From Candidatus Peribacter sp. (lineage in GTDB: Bacteria > Patescibacteriota > Gracilibacteria > Peribacterales > Peribacteraceae): 64,000 nt of DNA. Below the pieces are notes generated by a model. That model did not search any database. It was given only the letters and a program-made list of their open reading frames with translations, and was not told where the DNA came from. Below are positions 25,943-35,694 of this stretch, one piece after another; the first letter of the stretch is position 1, and each line of letters begins with the position of its first letter. The position numbers and the translations under genes are program-made. The stretch covers positions 164,253 through 228,252 of the forward strand of contig JABIBA010000013.1 in NCBI GenBank assembly GCA_018652955.1, read 5' to 3'.

Positions 25943-27072
25943 AACTTCTAATGATTAGCGGCGACCGATCAATCTTACAAGGCAAGATGGGGGCGTTTTG
26001 GTATACGTTGCAGGAGATGCGCAAGCATTGGGATCGTATTGATGTTATTTGTCCGTATGTTTCAGAAAAGTCTGTTGATGTATCTGAGTCAGGTCACAGG
26101 CTTGCTTCAGATGTAAAAGAGGGAGGAGAAGTATTCTTTCATCCTTGTCCGAAGTCACTATTGTTTCAGGTGCCGTGGATTGTAAATCGCGGACAGCATC
26201 TTATAGAGCAATATGCTCATGATGTGATGACCGTGCATGACTACCCACCGTTTTACAACGGTATTGGTGCTCGTAAGCTAAACAAACGAACAAAGGTTCC
26301 TTATGTCGTAGAGGTTCATCACATAGTGGGATGGCCAAAGGCTTCATCTCTTACTGAGCTTATTGGAAGACACATGTCTCGTTGGTACCTACGTACAGAT
26401 GCAAAGAACGCTTCTGCAGTACGTGTTGTAAATGATACGGTAGAGAAGCAATTGCGACGGTGGGGTGTGCCAATACAGAAGATAGAGAACATTTCATCGT
26501 TTTATCTTGATCGTGAAGTTCTCAATAATGAGCACAAGCCTCCTGTTGCCTATGATGTTTCTTTTTGTGGAAGACTTGTTGCTAATAAGGGTCTTTCAGA
26601 ACTGATTGATGCTATAGCTACGTTACAAAACGCACGTTTGCTTGTGATAGGTGATGGACCAGAGCGCACAAAAATGGAGAAGAAAGCTAAGAGTTTGGGT
26701 ATTGCTAATCGTGTAACGTTTTTGGGTTGGCTCCCTACTCAAGAAGCTGTGAGTGGTGCTATCCAAACTGCTCGTATTTTTGTTATGAATAGCAAAAGTG
26801 AAGGAGGACCGAGAGTTGCTTTAGAATCTATGGCGTGTGGTATGCCAATTATTGCTACGCGTGTAGGTGTAATGCCAGAAGTGATTACCGACGGAAGAAA
26901 CGGTATTTTTACTACTGGAAAAGCAGATGATCTTGCTAAAAAAATAGGCCTACTTCTCAGTAACGAAACCCAGAGAGAATCTTTGGGTAACGAGGCAACA
27001 AAAGTATTAGATATATACGAACGTAAGAAACTTATTTTGCAGTATGCAGACTTTCTTAAGAAACAATCATGA
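25939..27072 (+). CDS. GT4 glycosyltransferase
   Basis: EGGPRVALESMACGMPIIATRVGVMPEVI block. ATGA overlap with the upstream gene (ATG 25939). Confidence 0.85.
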   Translation: MKLLMISGDRSILQGKMGAFWYTLQEMRKHWDRIDVICPYVSEKSVDVSESGHRLASDVKEGGEVFFHPCPKSLLFQVPWIVNRGQHLIEQYAHDVMTVHDYPPFYNGIGARKLNKRTKVPYVVEVHHIVGWPKASSLTELIGRHMSRWYLRTDAKNASAVRVVNDTVEKQLRRWGVPIQKIENISSFYLDREVLNNEHKPPVAYDVSFCGRLVANKGLSELIDAIATLQNARLLVIGDGPERTKMEKKAKSLGIANRVTFLGWLPTQEAVSGAIQTARIFVMNSKSEGGPRVALESMACGMPIIATRVGVMPEVITDGRNGIFTTGKADDLAKKIGLLLSNETQRESLGNEATKVLDIYERKKLILQYADFLKKQS

Positions 27073-28079
27073 AGCTTCTTATCATCACACAAAAGGTAGA
27101 TAAGACAGATCCTATCTTGGGATTCTTTCATAAATGGATCGACGAATTTGCATCACACTGCGACAGTGTCACTGTGGTAGGTCAGCAAGTTGGATCGCAT
27201 CAGTTAGCGGAAAACGTTGAGGTGATCAGTTTAGAAAAAGAGCGTGGTCGAAAAAACATCTCTCAGATTATTCGTTTCTGGAAGATAATATGGAGTAATC
27301 GTAAAGAGTACGACAGTGTGCTTGTGCACATGACTCCTGTGTGGATTTTGATCGGCGCTCCACTTTGGATAGTGCTGCGCAAACCTATGTATCTTTGGTA
27401 CGAAATTAAACGTGGAAGTTGGAAGCTTACTGCGTCGTTATTCTTTGTAAAAAAAGTATTTGCAGCCTCCGAACACGGGTTGCCAACGATTGCAAAAAAA
27501 CAGAAGATCGTAGGTCACGGAATAGACATAGATACATTTGTTCCTCAGAAAGATTTACGGGAGCCAAAACACTTAGTGGCTATTGGCAGGTTAACAAAGG
27601 TTAAACACTACGAAGTAATTCTCAAAGCACTGAGCACTTTAGATGACTGCAGGCTCACTATCGCTGGAGGAACGATTACGAGTTCGGATAAAGAAGAAGA
27701 GAAGCGTTTACGAGACCTAATGCATCGACTCAATATTGCAGATCGCGTTGAGATAGGCTGGGTAAGCCCAGAAGATATTCCTCAACTCCTGCAACGTGCT
27801 GATGTCATGTTGCATGCATCACAAGGAGGTCTTGATAAAGTGGTACTGCAAGCAATGTCTTGCGGTTGTCCTGTTGTTTCTACAAGTGAAGCTGCTATTG
27901 ATGAATTGCCAGAGTCTTGCTGTGCGAATGAAAGAACAATGAGTGCAAAGGTTGATGCTATTACTCGCTTGGGTAATCACGATCGTGATATATTATCTGA
28001 AGAGCTTCGAAAGATAGTTTCTAATGAACATAGCTTGAAACAGTGTATATCTGAAATTGTTACTCACATGAATTCATGA
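27069..28079 (+). CDS. GT-B fold glycosyltransferase (GT4-like)
   Basis: MKLLIITQK.. N-terminus. GGLDKVVLQAMSCGCPVVSTSEAA C-terminal block. ATGA overlaps on both sides. Confidence 0.65.
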   Translation: MKLLIITQKVDKTDPILGFFHKWIDEFASHCDSVTVVGQQVGSHQLAENVEVISLEKERGRKNISQIIRFWKIIWSNRKEYDSVLVHMTPVWILIGAPLWIVLRKPMYLWYEIKRGSWKLTASLFFVKKVFAASEHGLPTIAKKQKIVGHGIDIDTFVPQKDLREPKHLVAIGRLTKVKHYEVILKALSTLDDCRLTIAGGTITSSDKEEEKRLRDLMHRLNIADRVEIGWVSPEDIPQLLQRADVMLHASQGGLDKVVLQAMSCGCPVVSTSEAAIDELPESCCANERTMSAKVDAITRLGNHDRDILSEELRKIVSNEHSLKQCISEIVTHMNS

Positions 28080-28789
28080 GCAAACCAAGACTTTCTATTG
28101 TCGTGCCAGTCTATAACGAAGAGCCAACTATTCGAGAGATAGCTAAGCGCGTCTTTGATGCATGTGGAGAATTCTCTGAAGTAATTTTTGTTGATGATGG
28201 ATCTAAAGATGACTCCCTGTCCATCTTGCAAGAGATTGCTCGTGACCAAGACACCGTAATGACAAAGAAGAACGGAGGTAAAGGATCTGCAGTACGCAAA
28301 GGATATAAAGTGGCTAGTGGAACGTATGTCATCGTGCAGGATGCAGATTTGGAATATGACCCAGAAGAAATCCCTGGGCTACTTGAGTATGCTGAGAAAA
28401 ATAACCTCAAAGCTCTGTGGGGATCTCGTCGTTTAAAAAAGCAAAAGCAATTTGTGCACTTCGGCCATTTTATTGGTGGTACATCGCTTACGTATGTATG
28501 CAACATTCTCTTTGGTTCACATCTTACCGACCAGCCAACGTGCTACAAGATGGTACGTAACGATCTACTTCAAACATTCCCTCTTAAGGAAGACGACTTC
28601 CGGTTCGATCCAGAGCTTACCGTTATGGTTCTGCGTAATGGAGTAGACATTAAAGAGCAGCCTATTAGCTATCACCCTCGTAGCATGGAAGAGGGGAAGA
28701 AGATTAATTGGACAGACTGGTTTAAGTGGGTGTGGGTGTTTGTGACGCTGAGATTCAGAAAAAAGGCTTATTTTAACGCAAATCAGTAA
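28076..28789 (+). CDS. GT2 glycosyltransferase, polyprenol-phosphate sugar synthase-like
   Basis: LSIVVPVYNEEPTI, FVDDGSKDDS and VQDADLEYDP blocks. Confidence 0.85.
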   Translation: MSKPRLSIVVPVYNEEPTIREIAKRVFDACGEFSEVIFVDDGSKDDSLSILQEIARDQDTVMTKKNGGKGSAVRKGYKVASGTYVIVQDADLEYDPEEIPGLLEYAEKNNLKALWGSRRLKKQKQFVHFGHFIGGTSLTYVCNILFGSHLTDQPTCYKMVRNDLLQTFPLKEDDFRFDPELTVMVLRNGVDIKEQPISYHPRSMEEGKKINWTDWFKWVWVFVTLRFRKKAYFNANQ

Positions 28790-28808
28790 ATAGCACTGGT
28801 TTAGATAA

Positions 28809-28836
28809 TTGACACAATACAAAAATATTGTAGAAT
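28809..28836 (+). promoter_or_regulatory. near-consensus sigma70 promoter TTGACA-16nt-TAGAAT, 9 nt upstream of ATG 28846 (leaderless-type)
   Basis: ttgaca 28809-28814, tagaat 28831-28836, spacer actttaact, then ATG. Confidence 0.55.
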
Positions 28837-28845
28837 ACTTTAACT

Positions 28846-31272
28846 ATGAGTGCAGATATCCCACTAGGCGATCTTCCTGATGATGAGCTTGAACGCAGAG
28901 CTGAGAGGCTTCGTAGAGAAGCTGGAAGGGGATCTAAAAAAAAGGCGCCTGGAAGACGTGCTCAAAAAAAGCAGGAGCAGGCTTCTGCTGCTCAAGGGGA
29001 GCTGGATGCAATTGAAACTGTTATTGCGCAACGCTTAGAGATGGAGGCATCTAGAGTTCGCGGTGAAGCTCAGCAGACATTAATTGCTTATGGAGTTTCT
29101 GCAATGCGCATCTACGATTACAAGATGCAATATCGTATTAGAACAGAATTAGCTGATGCCTTGGGGATAGATGAATCTGCAGCATGGGATATGATTTCGG
29201 ATGCATTTTATAATGCAGAACGTAAGGATGCTCTGACACATGACGAGACAGTATTGATGTACACAGACGTAGCGAATGATGCGTATGCAACTTCACCATA
29301 TGCAATGGGTGCACTCGATCAACATCAGCGTGATACTATGCAATTTATTACATATCCATGGACTGAGTGCAAAAAGAAAAGTGATGTAGGGGCTGCAAGA
29401 AGCTCCACGGACTTTTCTGTTCTTACCATCCCTCCGGAGAGAGAGGAAGAAGTGAATATGCCTCAAGAGAATTTGTTTGTACCATTAGAAAACGTGGTGA
29501 CTATTAAACAGAAGCCCGTCTCTCGTATGTGGACTTCTATTGTTGCTGGAAAGATAGAGACATATTTAAATAATGTAGAATCTACAAATATCGATACGAC
29601 AGTTCCATCTTCTCAGTTAGATGAAGCCCTCTTTACTGCAGATACTATTGCACGGCAGGAGGCTTCTCTGATTGCATCTGCATTAAGCATTGAGAACGCA
29701 GATGATGGAGAGTTGTATCTTAAAGCTGCTGCAAAACTTGTTGCTAGGCATCCTAAACTTAGTCAACCAGATTTTATAATGCAAATTGCGAATTCAAACC
29801 CAGCTAATTTCATACATTTGATGGATGGTTTAGAGCATCACGTAAGCACGATCCATACTGGTAATGGACCTGATCATGTCGTTCACCCCCTATGCTTGGA
29901 GGAGGCATACTTACGTCTTGAAACACATATCTTTACATTGTTAAATGCAGCGGAATTATGCAGTGCGCAACATGCAGTAGATCCACTTCGACGTAAATGG
30001 CTTAGTCCACAACAGCAACAAGACCTTGTTCCTTTTGCTCAGAGAGTAATGGATAGTATCCCAGAAACTATTGCTCCTGGAGATGCAGAACTTAATGATC
30101 TATTAGAAATTCTTTGCCCTGAGTTATTGGAGAGTGAGCTGATTCAAAATGTTCACTTTACTCGAGCAGGAGGGCGCATTCATGTTGTTATCCCTGGTAA
30201 TTTCTCTGAAGAATTTACTCCATTCCAAGAGCGTTTGGAAAAAGGAAATAGGCATATTCTAAATTTACGAGATATTGTGCATGTTGATATGAGAACTATA
30301 AGAGGTACATTGAAAGATATACATAAATGGGATGAAGGTGAAATTACCTCTTTTCCTCTGTGTACTTTAGAAGAGCTAGAAGCACACTTCTTTGCGGTTG
30401 AGGATGTAGAAGGTCGGTTTCTCCCAGCTATAGATAGGGATAAAAAAGCTGATGACGATGAAGACTCTAGTGATGCGGTAGAACCATCAGACAATCCAGA
30501 TCTCGATGATAATTGGCATGCTCTTCCTCGTATGAGAGCGCTTCGTAGTGCACTATTACGAGAACAGGTACATGCTACGTATAGTTACGACGAGACAGAA
30601 TCTGCAAATGACCATGATTTTGGAAAGCTTGAACGTGGGCACTACGCTGTTGTAACTATTACTGATTTGAACTTACAGATTATTGTTAGTGATGATCCAC
30701 AACTTGGTTGCTACCAAGTATTTAACAATAATGCCCCTATTGATTACACGAATGTACAACTTCCAGAAATTTCTCAAATGGGAGCTACCCCTATTCGATG
30801 GGATAGTGCAGAGCAACTGATTCGTTCTATTCGCACATCTATCAAGCAGCAAAAAGAACACCCTATAACTGTATATCCAGTTCATCCAAGTGTTGAGAAC
30901 ACGCCTATCGATGATTTATTGGACAATCGTCAAGAGTCGGAATCTATTGAACATCTTCGTTATGATATTACGCGTGCTGCTGCCGCGTGCGGCAAAGCAG
31001 ATGCACCTTGGACAATGACTACTGGAGACTTCTCTCAGATTGAATCGGGAAATATTTTATGGTCATTTGGAGGAAACGCTCATGGTATTACATACCTTAG
31101 TCGCGTCGGTCGTCGCATGGGACTTGATAATCGTGATGCAGCCTCTGAAGAATTAACACAGAGAAATCTAGCTCCATTTACATTGAAATGGATATTGCGT
31201 GCTGTGTATCCAGAACAGATGCCGCCAATTGTTGCTCGCCCAGAAGTAGGCGAGACTACAGAGCAGCTCTAA
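28846..31272 (+). CDS. large cytoplasmic hypothetical protein (808 aa), no recognisable domain
   Basis: Uninterrupted 2.4-kb ORF with a strong promoter. Basic N-terminus (RRAERLRREAGRGSKKKAPGRRAQKK) and an acidic linker (DDDEDSSDAVEPSD). No TM helices or known motifs seen. Confidence 0.6.
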   Translation: MSADIPLGDLPDDELERRAERLRREAGRGSKKKAPGRRAQKKQEQASAAQGELDAIETVIAQRLEMEASRVRGEAQQTLIAYGVSAMRIYDYKMQYRIRTELADALGIDESAAWDMISDAFYNAERKDALTHDETVLMYTDVANDAYATSPYAMGALDQHQRDTMQFITYPWTECKKKSDVGAARSSTDFSVLTIPPEREEEVNMPQENLFVPLENVVTIKQKPVSRMWTSIVAGKIETYLNNVESTNIDTTVPSSQLDEALFTADTIARQEASLIASALSIENADDGELYLKAAAKLVARHPKLSQPDFIMQIANSNPANFIHLMDGLEHHVSTIHTGNGPDHVVHPLCLEEAYLRLETHIFTLLNAAELCSAQHAVDPLRRKWLSPQQQQDLVPFAQRVMDSIPETIAPGDAELNDLLEILCPELLESELIQNVHFTRAGGRIHVVIPGNFSEEFTPFQERLEKGNRHILNLRDIVHVDMRTIRGTLKDIHKWDEGEITSFPLCTLEELEAHFFAVEDVEGRFLPAIDRDKKADDDEDSSDAVEPSDNPDLDDNWHALPRMRALRSALLREQVHATYSYDETESANDHDFGKLERGHYAVVTITDLNLQIIVSDDPQLGCYQVFNNNAPIDYTNVQLPEISQMGATPIRWDSAEQLIRSIRTSIKQQKEHPITVYPVHPSVENTPIDDLLDNRQESESIEHLRYDITRAAAACGKADAPWTMTTGDFSQIESGNILWSFGGNAHGITYLSRVGRRMGLDNRDAASEELTQRNLAPFTLKWILRAVYPEQMPPIVARPEVGETTEQL

Positions 31273-32287
31273 GTATTGCTGCCACCTCATCTACTCTTTC
31301 GAAAGACTGCTTTGCTCTTATGAGTGGAGTCTTTTGCTCACGTAATTTTTCTAACTGATCCCAACTAGGCATTGCACGGAGCTTATACGGCTTGCCTGTA
31401 ATCTCTTCGTGCATCTGTTGCATGTAGTTAATAGCACGTAGGCCAGATAGAACAGTGAAGAGTGTATTCCCTCTCCATGCAATGTCCTCTGGACCTTCTA
31501 GGTAGTCCATCATCTTTTGAGAGGAACGAAAGTACCAGAGCAGCATTACTGCACTGCTGACACCAGAAAATCCTGTAACAAGTTCACTGCGGTTTTCTTC
31601 TGGGACAATTGCACAGTTATAGCCTTTGCGAATCAGTTGCTCGTTTGCGTGGTCGAATGTGTCATAGCGCTTTACTTCTTTTCCTATGTGAGAGACTGCG
31701 TTGCTGTTTCCGTTACATGGTGAGAGACAGAGTTTTTCTTTGTCGCAGTAAATCTCTCTGTTAATGACTATGCTGTAGCTACTACTTGGCTCGTATTGCT
31801 TTCCGTCAAAATCAAAGTGCCACCAATCGCGTGGGCGGAAACTGAGTGATGCAGTATTAGGATCTGCGAATGCATCGTTAATGGTATCGATACATTTATC
31901 ACTAAGAATAAACATATCGTCATCACATACCCATCCAATCTTTCTTGTCTTTGCAATGTGGTATAGGAATTCATCTGACTTTGTTGCTGCATAAACATTG
32001 ATATATTTCTGAACACGCGCATTTGGGAAATCAGACTTCTTCAGTGTTCCAGAACAATCAAAAATAGTGAGGTCTACCTTGTCTCCCAGATTCTTTTGTA
32101 CGAGGTGATACCACACGGTCATCATGGGTGGCATGATATTCATTGTAAAGAGAGCAGGTTTGTCACTCGTAGGAAGTGGCTTCCTGGTTGCCCAGTGAGT
32201 CATTGTCGGAACACCGGTACGCAAAGTCCTGAGGAGAGAAAATCTCTTGAAAACGTACGGTAGGAGCTCGTAATAGGTTTTTGCCAT
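31256..32287 (-). CDS. hypothetical protein with DxD-like motif (candidate GT-A-type glycosyltransferase)
   Basis: 343 aa. IGWVCDDDMFILSD acidic triad after a beta-strand-like segment. Context is the glycan island. Assignment is weak. Confidence 0.45.
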   Translation of the reverse strand: MAKTYYELLPYVFKRFSLLRTLRTGVPTMTHWATRKPLPTSDKPALFTMNIMPPMMTVWYHLVQKNLGDKVDLTIFDCSGTLKKSDFPNARVQKYINVYAATKSDEFLYHIAKTRKIGWVCDDDMFILSDKCIDTINDAFADPNTASLSFRPRDWWHFDFDGKQYEPSSSYSIVINREIYCDKEKLCLSPCNGNSNAVSHIGKEVKRYDTFDHANEQLIRKGYNCAIVPEENRSELVTGFSGVSSAVMLLWYFRSSQKMMDYLEGPEDIAWRGNTLFTVLSGLRAINYMQQMHEEITGKPYKLRAMPSWDQLEKLREQKTPLIRAKQSFERVDEVAAILRAAL

Positions 32288-32294
32288 ATGGCGA

Positions 32295-32301
32295 TATGAT
32301 A
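32295..32301. promoter_or_regulatory. overlapping divergent -10 boxes: TATGAT (+, 11 nt to ATG 32312) and TATCAT (-, 8 nt to ATG 32287)
   Basis: tatgata at 32295-32301 read on both strands. The whole intergenic spacer is 24 nt. Confidence 0.4.
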
Positions 32302-32311
32302 CACTTGTTTC

Positions 32312-34009
32312 ATGTCTGATCGACTGAAATGGTGGCTATCTCTAGGAGGATGCTCTCTTGTGTTGGCTGCGCTTATGGTTATGCCGCAAATGCGCCATAG
32401 GAGCTCTGAGCTTTATCAGGGAATCAATATTCAATTGAATTCAGATGAGCCAATATATTTGGCGCGTGTACAAGAGTCTCTTTCTGGGAGGCCAGAGCTA
32501 GCAGCAGAAGCCTTTACGGGACACCCAGGACTTAAAGGTACACAGGCTGCATTTATAGAATCGTGGTATGGACGACTCTTTGGTTGGACAGAATGGAAGG
32601 CGGGCGATGTGTTGTATCTGATGGATGCCGTTGCACCTGTACTTATTTTTCTTTCACTTGTTCTCTTTTTTCAGCTCTGTGGATTCACACGCTTTCAAGC
32701 CTTGGGAGGTGCAGCAGTTTTTTGTTTGATAGAGCTCTACAATCTTGGTCGTCCTATTCATATGCGAGCGAGCTTCTTTATTATGCTGTGGTCTCTTATT
32801 GGTGTGATCTATGCAGTACGAGGTAGATGGTGGGGGGCAGTACTTGGTTCGTGGTTACTCGGACTTCTTATCGGTATTTATGTATGGAGTTTTACTTTTG
32901 CATGGGCCTTTTGGGGAATCTTCTTTGCGTGGGAGTTTTTGGAATGGATATATCGTACACGCGTAAAAAAACGAGGAATATTGCAGACAGCCTGGAAGGT
33001 ATTTTGGCATTTTCGCCCACGGCGACCAGTGTGGAAACCAGAGCGTTGGCATCTACTTGGTATCGTTGGATTCGTAGGAATTTTGTGTGGATTACCTGCA
33101 ATTGCACACCTTGTGAATCTGACACTACATCCACTGTATGAATACGGATCATTCCGTAGTGGAATGCATCATGGAAGATTTCCTGAGTCTTGGGCATATG
33201 CAGCTGTGTTCCTAGGAATGATTGGGGCGGTACTCCTTAGCTTACGAGAGAATTATGAAGAGCTTCGCCCCTATCGCCCTGCATGTGTATTAATTTTTAC
33301 TGCATTCGTGTACATGAACCAGCAGGTGGTGCATGGTATAACGTTTAACTTTGTCTCTCATGGCATCTTCTCTCTCGCAATCGCTGCAGTAGCTATGGTA
33401 CTTCTCTTTCTCGCTGTGCGCAGTCGTATTCTTGCTGTAGGAGCTGTAGCTGCTTGTGTGTACTTGGCAGCCATAGGATACGATGGAAGGTTTGTACTTG
33501 GTCAGTGGGAGGTCCCAGAAGGACGATTTGCAAATCAACATTTATCAGAAGCGATAACGGTATTAGATGCACTTCCTCGTGGACGCATTCTTTCTGATCC
33601 TGCTACACAGGCATTAATAGCATCAAATACGCATCATGATATTGTCTATTCTATCTACTTGAAGAATGTCCTGATGACACATCACGAAATTGCTATGCGT
33701 TTTTGTCTGACGCAGCTTCCTTTAAGACCTGATAAGAGATTGATCTCGGAGAGAGGACATCTTGTATACCCTGATGCTGTCTCTGCTTTTGGTGGAGACT
33801 TACGAGCACAAGAGGAGGCAATGGTATTTGCTGCATGTAAAGAGTTAGATCTCGATCCTAATATTTCTATTCAAACTTATGAAATTAGTCACATCTTCTG
33901 GAACAAGAAACAAGTACCCGATTGGAATATCGACAGGCTCCATATGGATCTTGATGAGATAGCGTCTGGAGAGCAGTGGGTTCTCTACAAAATTAACGAG
34001 GCTTTATAG
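32312..34009 (+). CDS. polytopic membrane protein (565 aa), candidate glycan polymerase/GT-C-like
   Basis: ~10+ hydrophobic helices in the first ~400 aa plus a soluble C-terminal domain. No motif recognised. Context only. Confidence 0.5.
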   Translation: MSDRLKWWLSLGGCSLVLAALMVMPQMRHRSSELYQGINIQLNSDEPIYLARVQESLSGRPELAAEAFTGHPGLKGTQAAFIESWYGRLFGWTEWKAGDVLYLMDAVAPVLIFLSLVLFFQLCGFTRFQALGGAAVFCLIELYNLGRPIHMRASFFIMLWSLIGVIYAVRGRWWGAVLGSWLLGLLIGIYVWSFTFAWAFWGIFFAWEFLEWIYRTRVKKRGILQTAWKVFWHFRPRRPVWKPERWHLLGIVGFVGILCGLPAIAHLVNLTLHPLYEYGSFRSGMHHGRFPESWAYAAVFLGMIGAVLLSLRENYEELRPYRPACVLIFTAFVYMNQQVVHGITFNFVSHGIFSLAIAAVAMVLLFLAVRSRILAVGAVAACVYLAAIGYDGRFVLGQWEVPEGRFANQHLSEAITVLDALPRGRILSDPATQALIASNTHHDIVYSIYLKNVLMTHHEIAMRFCLTQLPLRPDKRLISERGHLVYPDAVSAFGGDLRAQEEAMVFAACKELDLDPNISIQTYEISHIFWNKKQVPDWNIDRLHMDLDEIASGEQWVLYKINEAL

Positions 34010-34634
34010 CGCTCACTAAGAAGTTGTATTTAGGATCATGCAATCCGACTTCTTCCAGTGGAATTCTTTTTGTGTCTGTAAAACCAATCTCACGCAGTAC
34101 TTCCATCAGTTTATCTGCAGGGTACATCCATTTGTGTAGATCGTAGTCTTCTGTCTGGTTTGATTTATATTTTCCAAACAGATGCTGGTTTATGTATGGC
34201 AAATCTTCTCCGTCGAGGATTCCCTTAGCTATTGCTTCGATGTCTGGTGTGCAGATGCGCACGCGAGCCCCTGGCTGCATGATACGGAAGAACTCTTTAA
34301 GAACATGGACGTTATGAATCTCTCGCAGGTGCTCAAGCGTTGCTGCAGAGAATACTTCCGCGATTATACCGTCATCCATGGGGAACTTCTCTGTGATATC
34401 AAAGACGAGATCTACTTGAGGAAGAGCTACAGCATCGACATTTAAAAACTCTTTTGGGTTGAAAGGATTTCTTCCTCCACAGACATCGAGTTTGGCACCG
34501 ACAAATTTTTTAGCCTCCCATTCGGCAGCTCTCTGTGAGCATTTTGCTCTAGAGTGACTATCTTTTGCCCATCCATATAGCCCTCGGAAGGGACGAATAA
34601 GTCGATAATGCCGATCAATAAAGCTTTTGAGCAT
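33993..34634 (-). CDS. class I SAM-dependent methyltransferase
   Basis: LDVCGGRNPF (motif I-like), acidic VDAV/ DLVFD and FSAATLEHL (motif III-like). 213 aa. Confidence 0.7.
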   Translation of the reverse strand: MLKSFIDRHYRLIRPFRGLYGWAKDSHSRAKCSQRAAEWEAKKFVGAKLDVCGGRNPFNPKEFLNVDAVALPQVDLVFDITEKFPMDDGIIAEVFSAATLEHLREIHNVHVLKEFFRIMQPGARVRICTPDIEAIAKGILDGEDLPYINQHLFGKYKSNQTEDYDLHKWMYPADKLMEVLREIGFTDTKRIPLEEVGLHDPKYNFLVSAIKPR

Positions 34635-34641
34635 GGCTGCT

Positions 34642-34651
34642 AGTGTACACT
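34642..34651. promoter_or_regulatory. 10-bp perfect palindrome AGTGTACACT giving TACACT -10 boxes on both strands (7 nt to ATG 34634 on -, 8 nt to ATG 34660 on +)
   Basis: agtgtacact at 34642-34651. Flanking start codons are symmetric. Confidence 0.45.
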
Positions 34652-34659
34652 ATCTCTTG

Positions 34660-35694
34660 ATGATTTCTGTCTATATCGATCTATTACCGGATGTTTCCTA
34701 TATCCCTTTGCTCTATCCAAATTTAGGAGTGCAGAAGAGCGATACGATCATGTTTTTAAACAGGGCATTTGGAGGTCTTACGCAACCACTAATACAGATC
34801 GTAGAGCGCCCTGAAGATGCAGACTATATTCTATTGCCACACAACTACTCATCGCTTAAATCACAAAATTCTTATCTAATAAAACAAGGAGAGTTAGCCA
34901 AAAAGTTAGGTAAGAAGCTGATTATATTTTGGCATGGAGATAGTGATGCTCCTATTGCAGATAGTAATGCGATCGTCATAAGAACGAGTCAGTATCGAAG
35001 TACCATACAGAAGAATGAAATCATGATGCCAGCGTATGCAGAGGACTTACTTGAGGGTGAGCTTCAGCTCAGAACGAAGCACTCAGGAAACCCTGTTATA
35101 GGATTTTGTGGATGGGCAGGATATAAGAATCTTAAAAATCACATTGGTACTGTTGTTAAAAATAGTCTGATAGAAGCTTCTAGCATTCTTGGTATTCGAA
35201 GAGAGGCACGCGTAAAAGGAATCACGTATCGCATGAAAGCAATTAAGCATTTGCAAAAGTCTACCGTGACAGAGCCGAACTTTATTATTCGCAATAGTTA
35301 TAGTGGTCACACCTCTACGATCAAGACAGATCCTGAGCAAGCGCGCAGAGAGTATATCGATAACTTACTCGGTAGTGATTACGCACTAATCATCAAAGGA
35401 GATGGAAACTATAGCTACAGGTTTTATGAAGCACTTAGTCTTGGCCGCATTCCAGTACTTCTAGATACGGAGTGTGTACTTCCTCTAGAAGACGTGATTC
35501 ATTACGATGAGTTTATCCTGCGTGTTCCGTTTTGGGATATTTTTCATCTCGATCATATAGTCGCAGATCACTACAGCAAAATCTCCAATGCAGACTTTAT
35601 TGCTATGCAAAAGAAAGCACGAGAAGCGTTTGAGAAGTACTTGAGAGTGGATAAGTATTTAGAGTACGTCACTAGCCATTCTTTACGCGCATAA
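34660..35694 (+). CDS. exostosin (GT47)-like glycosyltransferase candidate
   Basis: YALIIKGDGNYSYRFYEALSLGRIPVLLDTECVLPLEDVIHYDEFILRV resembles the exostosin-family C-terminal block. Start moved to ATG 34660 on promoter geometry (ORF opens at 34627). Confidence 0.55.
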   Translation: MISVYIDLLPDVSYIPLLYPNLGVQKSDTIMFLNRAFGGLTQPLIQIVERPEDADYILLPHNYSSLKSQNSYLIKQGELAKKLGKKLIIFWHGDSDAPIADSNAIVIRTSQYRSTIQKNEIMMPAYAEDLLEGELQLRTKHSGNPVIGFCGWAGYKNLKNHIGTVVKNSLIEASSILGIRREARVKGITYRMKAIKHLQKSTVTEPNFIIRNSYSGHTSTIKTDPEQARREYIDNLLGSDYALIIKGDGNYSYRFYEALSLGRIPVLLDTECVLPLEDVIHYDEFILRVPFWDIFHLDHIVADHYSKISNADFIAMQKKAREAFEKYLRVDKYLEYVTSHSLRA

